IMG/VR virus record: IMGVR_UViG_3300033143_002710
Reading direction: 5' to 3' (one strand)
Length of the DNA stretch: 64,000 bases
Origin: a virus
Lineage: Duplodnaviria > Heunggongvirae > Uroviricota > Caudoviricetes
Positions 8,906-19,400 of the stretch are shown piece by piece (position 1 is the first letter of the stretch; each line of letters begins with the position of its first letter). The notes under the pieces are model-generated. The model saw only the letters and a program-made list of their open reading frames with translations, had not been told where the DNA came from and ran no database searches. The position numbers were made by a program, and so were the translations under genes.

Positions 8906-9286
8906 CTACTCTTCGTCTGGGCCGTGTGTCTTGTTCTTGTCGCCGTGAACGTGGAGGTTGAAGCTCTCGATGCTGTGCTTATACACGATCTGAGTGTGAT
9001 GTTCGGCGTTGGTCAGTTTTTGCCCTACAACTTCATCATCGTCGGTTCTCTCGAGCATAACCGCTTCTCGCAGAGAGATCGTGAATCGATCACTACCCGC
9101 CAACTCGCCAACCATTATCAGGCCAGACATCATCATAAGTCTGATCGTCGTTCCTGGCGGCGTCAGTTTTGCGATCAACTGATCGTGCCCTTCCTTTTTG
9201 GATTTTACTCTTTGCTGGGTGTGCGCCATTACCCTTCCTTTGTCGTCTGCATCCAATGCTTCCGCAAGTACATTTTCTCTTGACAT
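8906..9286 (-). CDS. hypothetical protein
   Basis: ORF immediately upstream of the helicase gene (the next stop is adjacent). Confidence 0.5.
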   Translation of the reverse strand: MSRENVLAEALDADDKGRVMAHTQQRVKSKKEGHDQLIAKLTPPGTTIRLMMMSGLIMVGELAGSDRFTISLREAVMLERTDDDEVVGQKLTNAEHHTQIVYKHSIESFNLHVHGDKNKTHGPDEE

Positions 9287-9298
9287 TTTCCCTGCTCC

Positions 9299-9988
9299 TT
9301 ATTCATAAAAGTTAGCGTACATTTCCAAACCAAAATACCGTTCGTTGTTAAGATAGTGCCAATTGCGAACCGGGTCCGACTTTGTGTCTAGCCAATCCGA
9401 ATAAGCCTCTTCCCATTCTTCTTGATGCTGCTTGCGCTCGTTATTATAGCGTAAAAAATAGTCCTCATGATCTGGCATCTGTGGCATTCCCGATGCCGAC
9501 AACAATTCCCAATCCTCAAGTACAGGTATGATCACATCTCGTCTATACATTTCCTGTGGTCGAGGTAAATCTTCGAAGTAATCTTCTGCCTTACTGAAAA
9601 ACTGCTGGCAGTAAAATCCATATGGCATTCCAGCCTCATCACAGTATCGTCTTGCTTTCCAGAAAGCTCTCGCTCTGGCCTGTGCTTCGATGAATGGATT
9701 CCAGTTTCTATCTATGAACGGATACGAAACCAAATCCCATCTCTCTGAATTGTCACCCTCTCTTCTGTCGTGAGCCTGTCGCCATGCAAGACCGTATGCT
9801 ATTGCAAATAGAGTCGTAGCGTGTGCCGGGTGAATAGGTCGATAGTCCCACCATTTTGTTTTATACAGAACTGCCTCATCCTGTCTTTGCTTCAACGGAA
9901 TGTGTCGCAGGACTTCAATGTCCCATTGAGCATCACTCAATCTTTCGATGAACGCTTCCGCTTCTACTGGTAAATGGTCTTTATTCAT
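9299..9988 (-). CDS. hypothetical protein (W/Y-rich, 229 aa)
   Basis: Long minus-strand ORF. No recognised motif. Confidence 0.55.
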   Translation of the reverse strand: MNKDHLPVEAEAFIERLSDAQWDIEVLRHIPLKQRQDEAVLYKTKWWDYRPIHPAHATTLFAIAYGLAWRQAHDRREGDNSERWDLVSYPFIDRNWNPFIEAQARARAFWKARRYCDEAGMPYGFYCQQFFSKAEDYFEDLPRPQEMYRRDVIIPVLEDWELLSASGMPQMPDHEDYFLRYNNERKQHQEEWEEAYSDWLDTKSDPVRNWHYLNNERYFGLEMYANFYE

Positions 9989-10020
9989 CTTGATATTATA
10001 ACGAGATGAATAAAGCCTTT

Positions 10021-10326
10021 CTACAGAACGTTATAAGTTCCAACCACACCAGCATTAAGGCTTGCTGCTGTACCGCCCGTGACGTTTGCTCTAGCTATGT
10101 ATTCACCCGCCCCAAGTTCAATCGTTCCAAAACCTATAGCCGACAGACTTACAGCGGTTGGAAACCATGTCACACCTTCGTCGGGAGAAATATCAATGAC
10201 GACGGTTGCGCCACCAAATGTTCCCCAAACAAAAAACGTAATTCTTCCTGTTTGAGAATTCTTAAGATAAAACTTCTCCGTGTCAGTGGCTACATTTCCA
10301 GCCTGCGCGGTCATAAACTGTTTCAT
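10021..10326 (-). CDS. hypothetical protein (Gly/Thr-rich, beta-rich composition)
   Basis: Co-oriented ORF. The overlapping plus-strand ORF 10006..10344 is judged antisense noise. Confidence 0.45.
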   Translation of the reverse strand: MKQFMTAQAGNVATDTEKFYLKNSQTGRITFFVWGTFGGATVVIDISPDEGVTWFPTAVSLSAIGFGTIELGAGEYIARANVTGGTAASLNAGVVGTYNVL

Positions 10327-10366
10327 TGGTCTTGCTCCTATTAGATAGTAAAATTATAACCTATTA

Positions 10367-11695
10367 TTACTTTCCTGGCCACACGCCAGGGTTGCCAGCG
10401 CCTTCTTCTTCCGTTCTGTAATACCAGTCACCCGCTACCACAGAAAAGTCCGTCATCTGCACGTAATCCATATTTGTAGATTTCGATTCGATGTTGCAAT
10501 TTGCCATTAAGAATCCGTTGGCCCACTTCTCGCCTTCACAATACGTCGCTTCTCGTTTATGTCCTGCACCAAGCTGATGCCACTCGTAGGCACCGAACAT
10601 TGGGCTGAACTTGGAATACATTTCGTGCCTGTGATGGTGGCCGTTCCAACCTGGCATACCAAGGTCTTTGCCGTGTGCGAAGTGATGCGCGATGAAAATG
10701 TCATAGTAGTTTCTGTACGACTTGGCTAACTCCTTCCGCATGTCGTGCTTGTTTGTTGCCGCCAGGTCTGCCTTTGCGACGTAGTTGATCTCGTATCGGT
10801 CGAGTCCGAGTAGCTTGGGTATCGTCAGGCCATGTAGGTCTGACAGAACTGCTTTGAGTGCTGGTGTGGCGTCTGCAAGGTGAATTAGCATTCGCGCTTC
10901 GTGGTTGCCCTCGATAAGATCGATCTGCGTATCCGGACAAGCTTCACGTAGCGGCTCAAGAACATTCTCGTGAACGAATTTGATGCGACCTGTTACGTCC
11001 CACTCACGAGGGTCGACGTTGTATCTGCCGAACTCTGGAAGATCAAAGATGTCACCGTTTAGGCAAATGATATCTGGGTTGATTCGTTTGGCCGTGTCTA
11101 TGAACACTCTCAGCCAGAAAGGGTCGCACTCGATATCGTGAAGATCGCTACCCACCAGGATTGTCTTGTACTTGCTACCGTTGTCTCGAACGTACTTGTC
11201 CTCGAGTCCGATACGCTCTTCACCAAGTCTGCGATAAACATCACGGCTGACATGGGTGGCGATCTTCCTTTCCATTCCATGAGCCGCTCTAGACAGTTTT
11301 ATCTTGGCTTGGCGCTTGAACTCTTCGAAGGTGCCAAAGTGCCTGTTCCAGACTGACTCGGCTATTGCCCCGTTACATCGAAAGAAATTCCTGGAAATGA
11401 CTTGATCTGGATGGGCCTCTGCAACTTGTCGCAACTCTTGTATACAGTCTTCCGAAGTCATGAAGCCGCTGAATTTAGAGGGCGACTCCGACATAAGAGT
11501 GCGATCTTCGTATATCTTTTTACTTCTTGCAACTAGTGGTGGCAGATTTGTTTCACCTTCTTTGCGACGAATTCGATACTGCGCCGCCTTGTTCTTTATT
11601 GTTTGTGGTGCGAGTTTTAGCTTTGTCGCTACGTCCTTGATTGAGGGGTAGGCTTCGAGATTGTTGTATATCTTCGCAAATCGTTTAGGACTCAA
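10367..11695 (-). CDS. calcineurin-like metallophosphoesterase with N-terminal HTH-like region
   Basis: Phosphoesterase motifs ILVGSDLHD, LNGDIFD, GNHE, AHHFAHG and GHHH. The N-terminal segment KDVATKLKLAPQTIKNKAAQYRIRR is HTH-like. Confidence 0.8.
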   Translation of the reverse strand: MSPKRFAKIYNNLEAYPSIKDVATKLKLAPQTIKNKAAQYRIRRKEGETNLPPLVARSKKIYEDRTLMSESPSKFSGFMTSEDCIQELRQVAEAHPDQVISRNFFRCNGAIAESVWNRHFGTFEEFKRQAKIKLSRAAHGMERKIATHVSRDVYRRLGEERIGLEDKYVRDNGSKYKTILVGSDLHDIECDPFWLRVFIDTAKRINPDIICLNGDIFDLPEFGRYNVDPREWDVTGRIKFVHENVLEPLREACPDTQIDLIEGNHEARMLIHLADATPALKAVLSDLHGLTIPKLLGLDRYEINYVAKADLAATNKHDMRKELAKSYRNYYDIFIAHHFAHGKDLGMPGWNGHHHRHEMYSKFSPMFGAYEWHQLGAGHKREATYCEGEKWANGFLMANCNIESKSTNMDYVQMTDFSVVAGDWYYRTEEEGAGNPGVWPGK

Positions 11696-11705
11696 GGTAA
11701 ATTCC

Positions 11706-12203
11706 TTATTGGTCTAGGGATGACTGTTGAATGTCTATCCACTCAATCAGCGCGTTTAGCTGGGTATAAACCTTGTTGTACTCGATTGCTAAGGCTGTGT
11801 CGGACTCAAGTAAATCTGCTCTGGTAACAGTGGAGGCTTTTCGGCCTTCTTCATCAGACTCGTCGGTGGTGCCTTGCAGACTATCTGTGCGAAGCTCTCC
11901 ACTTCTTGCATTGTTGAGCATCCGGACACTGCCAATAGGAATGTTGCAAGCAATGGGATCAATTTCACGGTCGACATATTTGATTACCTCTTTCTCAACG
12001 ACCTTTTCGACAATTCGAATCTCGGCCTGGCGAACTGCTTCTTCTACCACGATCTCTTGCATTGGCTCCTGAGCTTCGGTTACTTCTTCTATATACTCGA
12101 TCTGCTCAGATGGCGACGGGTTTATGGTTTTGACTGCAATCCAAAAACCCAACGTCACACCTATAACAACCAGTGCTAGATATTTGTAAAACCCAGATAG
12201 CAT
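11706..12203 (-). CDS. i-spanin (Rz-like): N-terminal TM plus periplasmic coiled coil
   Basis: N-terminal TM YKYLALVVIGVTLGFWIAV followed by charged coiled-coil-like sequence. An o-spanin gene is embedded in another frame. Confidence 0.7.
   Translation of the reverse strand: MLSGFYKYLALVVIGVTLGFWIAVKTINPSPSEQIEYIEEVTEAQEPMQEIVVEEAVRQAEIRIVEKVVEKEVIKYVDREIDPIACNIPIGSVRMLNNARSGELRTDSLQGTTDESDEEGRKASTVTRADLLESDTALAIEYNKVYTQLNALIEWIDIQQSSLDQ
11789..11977 (-). CDS. o-spanin (Rz1-like proline-rich lipoprotein) embedded within the i-spanin gene
   Basis: Signal peptide with lipobox LAVSGC. The mature part is short and Pro-rich (PPTSL...KPPLLPEQ). It lies wholly inside 11706..12203 in a different frame. 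Confidence 0.7.
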   Translation of the reverse strand: MSTVKLIPLLATFLLAVSGCSTMQEVESFAQIVCKAPPTSLMKKAEKPPLLPEQIYLSPTQP

Positions 12204-12409
12204 TATTTTCCTTTGGCGGCAGCGAAATAACCCGCTACGTTACTCACGCCATAAATAGTTAATATTGCTGAGATTATATCAACAAACTCTTCGCCGCTAA
12301 CATTCCCCGCAAAAAGAGCGACGTTTGCCATGAATAGAGATGATGCCGTCAGTATAAATTTTCTCGAACTATAGCGACTCTCGGCTGCTGTTTCTAAATT
12401 AGATGGCAC
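12203..12409 (-). CDS. holin-like small membrane protein (two predicted TM helices)
   Basis: 68 aa with two hydrophobic helices (FILTASSLFMANVALFAG; VDIISAILTIYGVSNVAGYFAAA). Its stop overlaps the i-spanin start. Confidence 0.45.
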   Translation of the reverse strand: MPSNLETAAESRYSSRKFILTASSLFMANVALFAGNVSGEEFVDIISAILTIYGVSNVAGYFAAAKGK

Positions 12410-13016
12410 CTATCACCTCCACTACACCCATGTAACCGGTTGTCTCGCCTTTGGCAGATGTCATTTTGTAACTTCGAACATCACCCTTGAACGCTACATC
12501 GGCGGTGTCCATAAATTCAATAATCATTTCAAATTCTCTATTGTGTTTGATCGCGTCATACCAGGCTTTTGCTACCCTGTCTCTTTGTGACGGGTGAACG
12601 ACGTTTATCCAGCCAGAGCCTCTTACTTCCTCTATGGTTCTGCCGGTGTGTCTTGCGTACGCTCTGTTTGCCCAGGTGCAATCGCCCTTTTCGTCTGTGA
12701 TGAATATCATCTCTCTGTCATTGTCCATGCGCGCTCTTTGGACTTCAACATTGCTCCAAGTCATAGACTCGATTCTGTTTAAGGTCTCTTCATTTCGAAT
12801 CACAGAGTCTCGTAGAGACGCCCCGCCATTCGTCTTTAACTCAGATACGATGAATTCAATGTCTGCCGACATCTTGGTTATTTGCTCTTGCATTGCGTAC
12901 ATCATCCAACCAGATACCTTGGCCCAAATTTTAGGAACTAATCTCCATGCGGTAGCGATGGCTACTATCGCGCCTCCCATAATCTTACCAATCTCTATAA
13001 GAGGGTTCCAGTCCAT
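12399..13016 (-). CDS. membrane-anchored PAS-domain protein
   Basis: N-terminal TM (IMGGAIVAIATAWRLV), then a ~115-aa region matching the PAS consensus (MIFITDEKGDCTWANRAYARHTGRTIEEVRGSGWINVVHPSQRDRV...). No output domain. Confidence 0.65.
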   Translation of the reverse strand: MDWNPLIEIGKIMGGAIVAIATAWRLVPKIWAKVSGWMMYAMQEQITKMSADIEFIVSELKTNGGASLRDSVIRNEETLNRIESMTWSNVEVQRARMDNDREMIFITDEKGDCTWANRAYARHTGRTIEEVRGSGWINVVHPSQRDRVAKAWYDAIKHNREFEMIIEFMDTADVAFKGDVRSYKMTSAKGETTGYMGVVEVIGAI

Positions 13017-13148
13017 CTTATTTCATTCCCTTGTTGTAAATAATGGGCCGCGTCAGATACATAAGTATATCAGTTTCTTGGGCACAGTTGGTATTCTCCG
13101 TCATTAATCCATCCGGGAATAATCGACCTAATTATCGCCCTTAATAGA

Positions 13149-13415
13149 TTACAGATAGCTGGCGTCCCGCAATCGCGAGTTTATTCCGACGGGCAACGAT
13201 GAGAAGAACGCACCCACTTCAGCGACGGTCGTAAACCCATCAATGGACAACTCCTCTATCAGATCATCTTCGCTGTCGCTTACGACTGAAATTTCCAACG
13301 TGGCAGGAAACGGAACAACATTCACGGCTGCTCCGACGGGAATTGCAATATTACTCAGGCCAGATCGAATCTGCGCCCGTGTATATGGGTTAGAAAAATG
13401 CATTAATACTATCAT
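13149..13415 (-). CDS. hypothetical protein downstream of the tail fibre gene (possible fibre assembly factor)
   Basis: 88-aa ORF whose start abuts the J-like gene stop. The function is a guess from position. Confidence 0.4.
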   Translation of the reverse strand: MIVLMHFSNPYTRAQIRSGLSNIAIPVGAAVNVVPFPATLEISVVSDSEDDLIEELSIDGFTTVAEVGAFFSSLPVGINSRLRDASYL

Positions 13416-16400
13416 TACGTGTTCCTTATCTTCTTGATCGTAAGACTGGTACTTGTTCCAACCTGATTACCAGTCGTTCCAGATTCGTCGTTCTGTTGCA
13501 GCCGAATTGTATCATTTGCGACGAATAGGGCGATGAACGTACTCGTTACGCTTGCCGGACGAGTGTTGGCCTTATAAATCAATTGGCGAGACTGCGATCC
13601 TGACAGCACCGTGGTCGTTCCGTTTTTCGTTACTCGACAACCAATAGAGTCGTTCGTCGCTCCGCCAGTTGGATGATAATTGAAGTTATATGTTATTTCA
13701 TAATATCCTGGCGAACTGATCGTAACAACGTCAGCCGAAATCGTGTAGTTAGCGTCAGGATCGTAGACTTCTGTTGTTAGGTCCATCGTTTTCCATGTTG
13801 TACTTCCTGATAGTGCCAGAGAACCGGCCCCAACAAAAAAGCCTGGCTTTGACGCTGGTGAAATATCTGCCGCACTAGCTTCATCTGCGTTTGCTACTGT
13901 GAATTTAGGGTCGAATAAACTACCGGCAGTTTTTTCATAGCTTATTCTGAATTCATATACAGAATCCGCTACTGTCGATGAATAATTGAATGATCGTGTG
14001 GCGTTTAGAGTATGACTCCAGTATTCTATTTCCTCTTCTTGCGGATCTACGTACTCCTCATATACGCCAGTAAAATTGTACGAAGCGCCCGCAACGTCGT
14101 TCCAACCTCCACTGTCTATATTGACCTGCCACTTAATTGTCCAAAGCGCACGAACCTTGCCGCCAATGCCAAATCCAGAATCGTCATCTACGAATTGAAA
14201 ATTTAGAAGTATATCTTGACCCGCACTTGTAATTGAAGTGCCGATAGTAAGTGCTTTTGTTGCTGGCCCGGCCGTTACGTCAACAGGCGTTGCAAAGCTA
14301 ACATGTCCACCCTGTCCTCCACCGGACAATCCCAATCTCAATGCCAAAGCTGAAATTCCAGTCTGAGAATATGCATTGGCGGTATTCAAACTGTCAGGCG
14401 AAAAATCTCCCAGCAAGGTCATTACTAGATCGCCATTCCCATCTTCTGTTAAACCAAACAACACTGTTGTGTCGTCGTCAGGTCTGAAGACTTGAATAGG
14501 GGAATTAGTATCTGACAGTCTCAATCTTGGACTGGCGTTTGCATCTGCGCCAGGAGTTCTCGTATCCAACTGGCCGATTATTGCAGCCAAAGAACTCAAG
14601 TCCGCTATTTCGATTCTGCCCGCAGTAATGTGCTGCGAAGATAACGTCATGGGTGAGGTTATAGTTGCGTTCGCAATCAAATTTGCGGCTGAAGCATTGT
14701 ACGTTCCGATGACAATATGCTCTGTTGTAGGGGTAAAATTTACCCACTCCGTATTGTTATCGTATTGCCACTGAACTGTGCCGATTGTGGCCGAGGATTG
14801 CATTCGACAAGCTGCCATATCTGTGCTGGCACCTAGCGGCGCTGTGGTTGTGAAAGCTCCTAATTCAGCCGTGTCAAAAACCAAGAAGCCTTGGTTTTCT
14901 AATTGAGAGGTCGTGATATAGGCGTTCGGTATAGCTACCGCAACCCCATCGAAAAGAAGAGAACCTGGAACATCTGCTGGTGTGCCGCTATTAAATCCGT
15001 GAATATACATGTCACCAGGGCTACTTGCCACTGTGAACGTCTTTGTGTTGAATCTTACTGCCGCCACAACAAGACCATCTACACCCGCTACTCCGTCTGC
15101 TCCGCCAATTCCGACAACCTGGGCGGCATTAAAATCGGCAGTTGGTACGGAGTCTGTTGCCGTATTCGAACTAGCGACTGCTTGCCTTTGCCACAGATAA
15201 TCTCCAGCCGCAAGAGTTGGTGCATTCTGCGTCCAACCATTTAGAGTGCCGCCCGACAATACTCCAGTAGAAAACGTGTAAGTAAATGTTCCGCTAAAGG
15301 CAGATGGAGGGGTTCCGCCATCTGTGTTGCTGGCAAAAAGTGTTACCGTTGCGTTGTTAAGACCTGCATCGCCATCAGCACCATCAGCACCATCGCCACC
15401 ATCAGCGCCGCCAATTCCGACAACCTGGGCGGCATTAAAATCGGCAGTTGGTACGGAGTCTGTTGCTGTATTTGAACTTGCTGGCGCTTGCCTTTGCCAC
15501 AGATAATCTCCAGCCGCAAGAGTTGGGGCGGTTTGTGACCAACCGTTTGGTGTTCCACCCGATAAGACTCCGGTTGCAAATGTATAGGTAAATGTTCCGC
15601 TAAAGGCAGATGGTGGAGTTACGCCACTGGTGTTGCTAGCGAAAAGCGTCACCGTCGCATTGTTAAGACCATCTGTGCCGTCACCACCTGTATCTCCAGT
15701 ATCTCCCGTTTCTGCTAATTTTTGAGCCGCTTGCCATTCAGCGGCGAGAATTTCGTCTGTGGCGGCAGTGTTACTTGCCGTTGCAAACGACGCCCACAGA
15801 AAGTCATCGGTTCCGGCTGCTGGTATGGTGCTTGTCCATCCATTATCGAGCGCATCCAGTGCGCCAGTCGCAAACGTGTAAGTGGCTGAAGCTGTTGTAG
15901 GCAACGTTGGTGCGCTGTCTGTTGCTGTGCGCTGGTAAATATAAACAGTAGCGACATTCAGTCCATCTGTTCCATCTGTTCCATCTGTTCCGTCCGTTCC
16001 GTCTGTTCCTGTTCCGCTTGAAACAACCGCCGCCGCAAAATCTGCGGTTGGAACCGAATCTGTTGCCGTATCTGCCGACGCTACCGCCTGTCTTACCCAT
16101 AAAAACTCACCTGCCGCTACGGTCGGTGGGTCTTGTGTCCAGCCATTAGGCGTACCACCAGAAAGAATCGCGGTTGCAAACGTATAGGTAAATGTTCCAC
16201 TAAATGCAGATGGCGGCGTTACATCGCTGGTATTTTTATTGTAAAGATAAACCGTGGCATTATTAAGGCCATCGGAACCATCACCTCCAGTTGCGCCATC
16301 TGCACCGTCTTCTGCCAAATGCTGTGGTGTTTGCCACTCACCCGTAAGAATGTCATCTGTCGCCGCTGCTGCACTAGCCGTAGCTAAAGTTACCCAAAGA

Positions 16401-19400
16401 AAAGGATTCGAACCCGCTGCCGGTACAGTGTCGGTCCAGCCATTATCTAGACCTGTGATGTTTCCCGTTGAAAATGTAAATGTCGCTGTGACACTTGGCA
16501 CAGACGGTGCTGAGTCCGTAGCTGTGCGCTGATAGATGTATGCTGTTGCTACATTCAGTCCGGCATCGCCGTCAGCGCCGTCAGCGCCGTCAGCGCCGTC
16601 TTGCAAAATTAATACAGGCGCGGACCAATCGGCAGACAGAACGTCATCTGTTGTTGCCTGAGAACGAGCCGTAGCTGATAGCGCATACAAAGGGTCTGAT
16701 CCAGCGGGTATGGTTTTTGACCAGCTATTGCCCGGCGTCCAGTCTGCTGTCGAGAAGGTGTATGTTATTGATACGCCTGGATCATCCGTTGGAGCTACCG
16801 CCGCTCTCTTGAAAGCAGTTAGTGTTGCTGTGTTGAAACCGTCCGACCCTGGCGACCCTGGCGTTCCATCTGCACCGTCTTCTGCTAAATGCTGTGGCGT
16901 TTGCCATTCGCCCGTAAGAATGTCGTCTGTTGCTGTCGCTGCGCTGGCCGTAGCTAAAGTTACCCAAAGAAAAGGATTCGAACCCGCTGCCGGTACAGTG
17001 TCGGTCCAGCCATTGTCTAAGCCAGTGATAGCTCCTGTAGCGAATGTCAAAGTTGCCGTTACGCTTGGTACAGATGGTGCGGAGTCAGTTGCTGTACGCT
17101 GGTAAATATATGCTGTTGCTACATTCAGACCGTCACCACCGTCAGCGCCGTCCTGTAAAATTAATGCAGGGGCGGACCAATCGGCACTAAGCACATCGTC
17201 CGTTTCTTCTGTTGAAAACGCAGTTGCCGATAGCGCATACAAAGGGTCTGATCCGGCTGGCATTGTTTTAGACCAGCCGTTTCCTGGTGTCCAATCTGCG
17301 GTTGCGAATGTGTACGTTATCGACACACCCGGATCGTCGGTTGGTGCTGACGCTGATCGTTTATAGGCGATTAGTGTGGCTGTATTGTAGCCATCTACAA
17401 ATTCTATTGGTTGAAGATCGGTCGGCGTTGTCGCAACCCAAGCACTCGAATTACCATTGCTGTCAACCGCACGTATCCAATAAAAATAACTATTGGCGGC
17501 AATCGTTGCCTGAACATCTTCGTATGAAACCTGTAACTTGTCTGTGGTAAATATAATTGTTGCGCCAGGTTCGTCGTCTGTTGTGTTTCTCTTGATATCG
17601 CAACCGGCAAAATCTGAATCAACAGGATTGACCCAGCTAACTTGAAGACCCACTGTTCCAATCGAGATGGCTGCACTTGTTGGTACACCAGGAGCGATAA
17701 CGTCTCCGGTCATTGTTAGTCCCGTAATCTCCGGCGCTGTTGAGTTTAGAGCGAATCTGCCGTCAGAACTCATTGCCACAACGCGAACATCTGCGGCATC
17801 GTTAAGACTAACCTCGACTGTGGTGCTTAGCCCGCCTCTTTGAATCTTCGCAAATTCGTAGCCTCCTCCACCTATGTTAAGCTCCACCAGAACTCCGGCA
17901 TAGTTTTCAAAGTTCTCTGGTAAATCCCAGGAAATATCTATTACTGGTCTTAATATCCCGCCTATACTCACGCTTCCTTCTACCGCATCAAGATTGATAA
18001 CGTGAGGTACGATTCTGCTTTGACCGGTGTCCGGCTCTGGTTGGACCGTTAGCGGCGTCCAATCGTATATTTGCTCGTCGTAGGTTGCCCCCGTAATCGT
18101 AACCTCGAGATTTTTGTTAATGTCGAGTTTTGTAACTCGCCACTCACTTTCCATAATGGTGTCTTCACCTACCATGTAGATGAAATGCTCTGACGGAGCA
18201 GAATCTAACGCCGAATTAAGAGGTATAGTTGTCAGATCGCCGCTGGTCGCTGCCACAACATCTCTGATTTCGATTGCATCCGTTTCTATCAAATCAAGAG
18301 AGTCTGTAACCGAAAGACCGCTTACGTCATCAACCCAAATTGTGTCCGTGTCTACTCTAGTTATTCTTACGTCAACGGTGTGATCGGCCGTCAACCAACA
18401 TCTATTGATATTTGTTGCACCAGCGTATCCGCTAAGCGTTATTTTTCTACCTGTGATGTCCGTTATCGTCGCAACATCTCTAACCAGATAATCAAATCTG
18501 GCCATGAACTTGTATGATTTAGCACCGTCAAATGTTATTTCTCTATCGACCTCCATACTTGTAGTTGTGCTTCCAGAGACAAACCTACCTCCCACAGACC
18601 ATTCTGGTTGATCATGTTGAAGGGCAAATACGTCTCCAACTACAACCGCTATCGCCTCCATTGGCGACTTAAATGTTACGACGCTTTTGAGATACCTGTT
18701 GTTCAGTAGCATATAGGTTGCTTCTTCTGCGGCCCTTGTTTTATCAACGATTCCATACATCGTTGCACTAGCCGTATTTTGTGCAGCACCCGTTACGCTC
18801 AAGGCGTCGTAGACCTTAATCGTTCGTCTTTTGAATCGATCCGACTCATCAAAGTAATGAAGCTCTACTTCATTAGCTCTGTCACTCAAGGATAACCACT
18901 TCTGATTAAAACTTCCCTTTATGATATTTCCAACCGTAAACATCTGCGAAGGCGCTATCGCTCTGTCGATTGCAACCGAGTATTTCGTTCCCATTTTGAT
19001 CGGACGAGCGTGGCCAGCACGAAAGATATGCATGGATGCGTCCCAAAGATTTGATGCCGTATCAAATACACCTTGAAAAGTCAGACCTTCGGCATCACAA
19101 TACTCTCCCCACTCAATCCAGGCGTCTATATCTATTCTTGATTCATCTACGCTACCTCCAAATCTTTGATTGGTAAGCGCATCATAAACTACCCATGCGG
19201 GATTTTTACTTGGACCGCTCGACCACACTTTATTGATAGAGTCCCAAAATTTAATAACTCGACCTGAGTTCAAATACGTAACCGTAGGAAAGCTAGATAA
19301 CTGATCTGTCAGTCGAATCTTTAACCCAAGAAGAGCGGTGTGCTTATATGTCACCGTATCGTTGACTATTTCATTGAGATCAGTCCACGTAATGGCGTCT

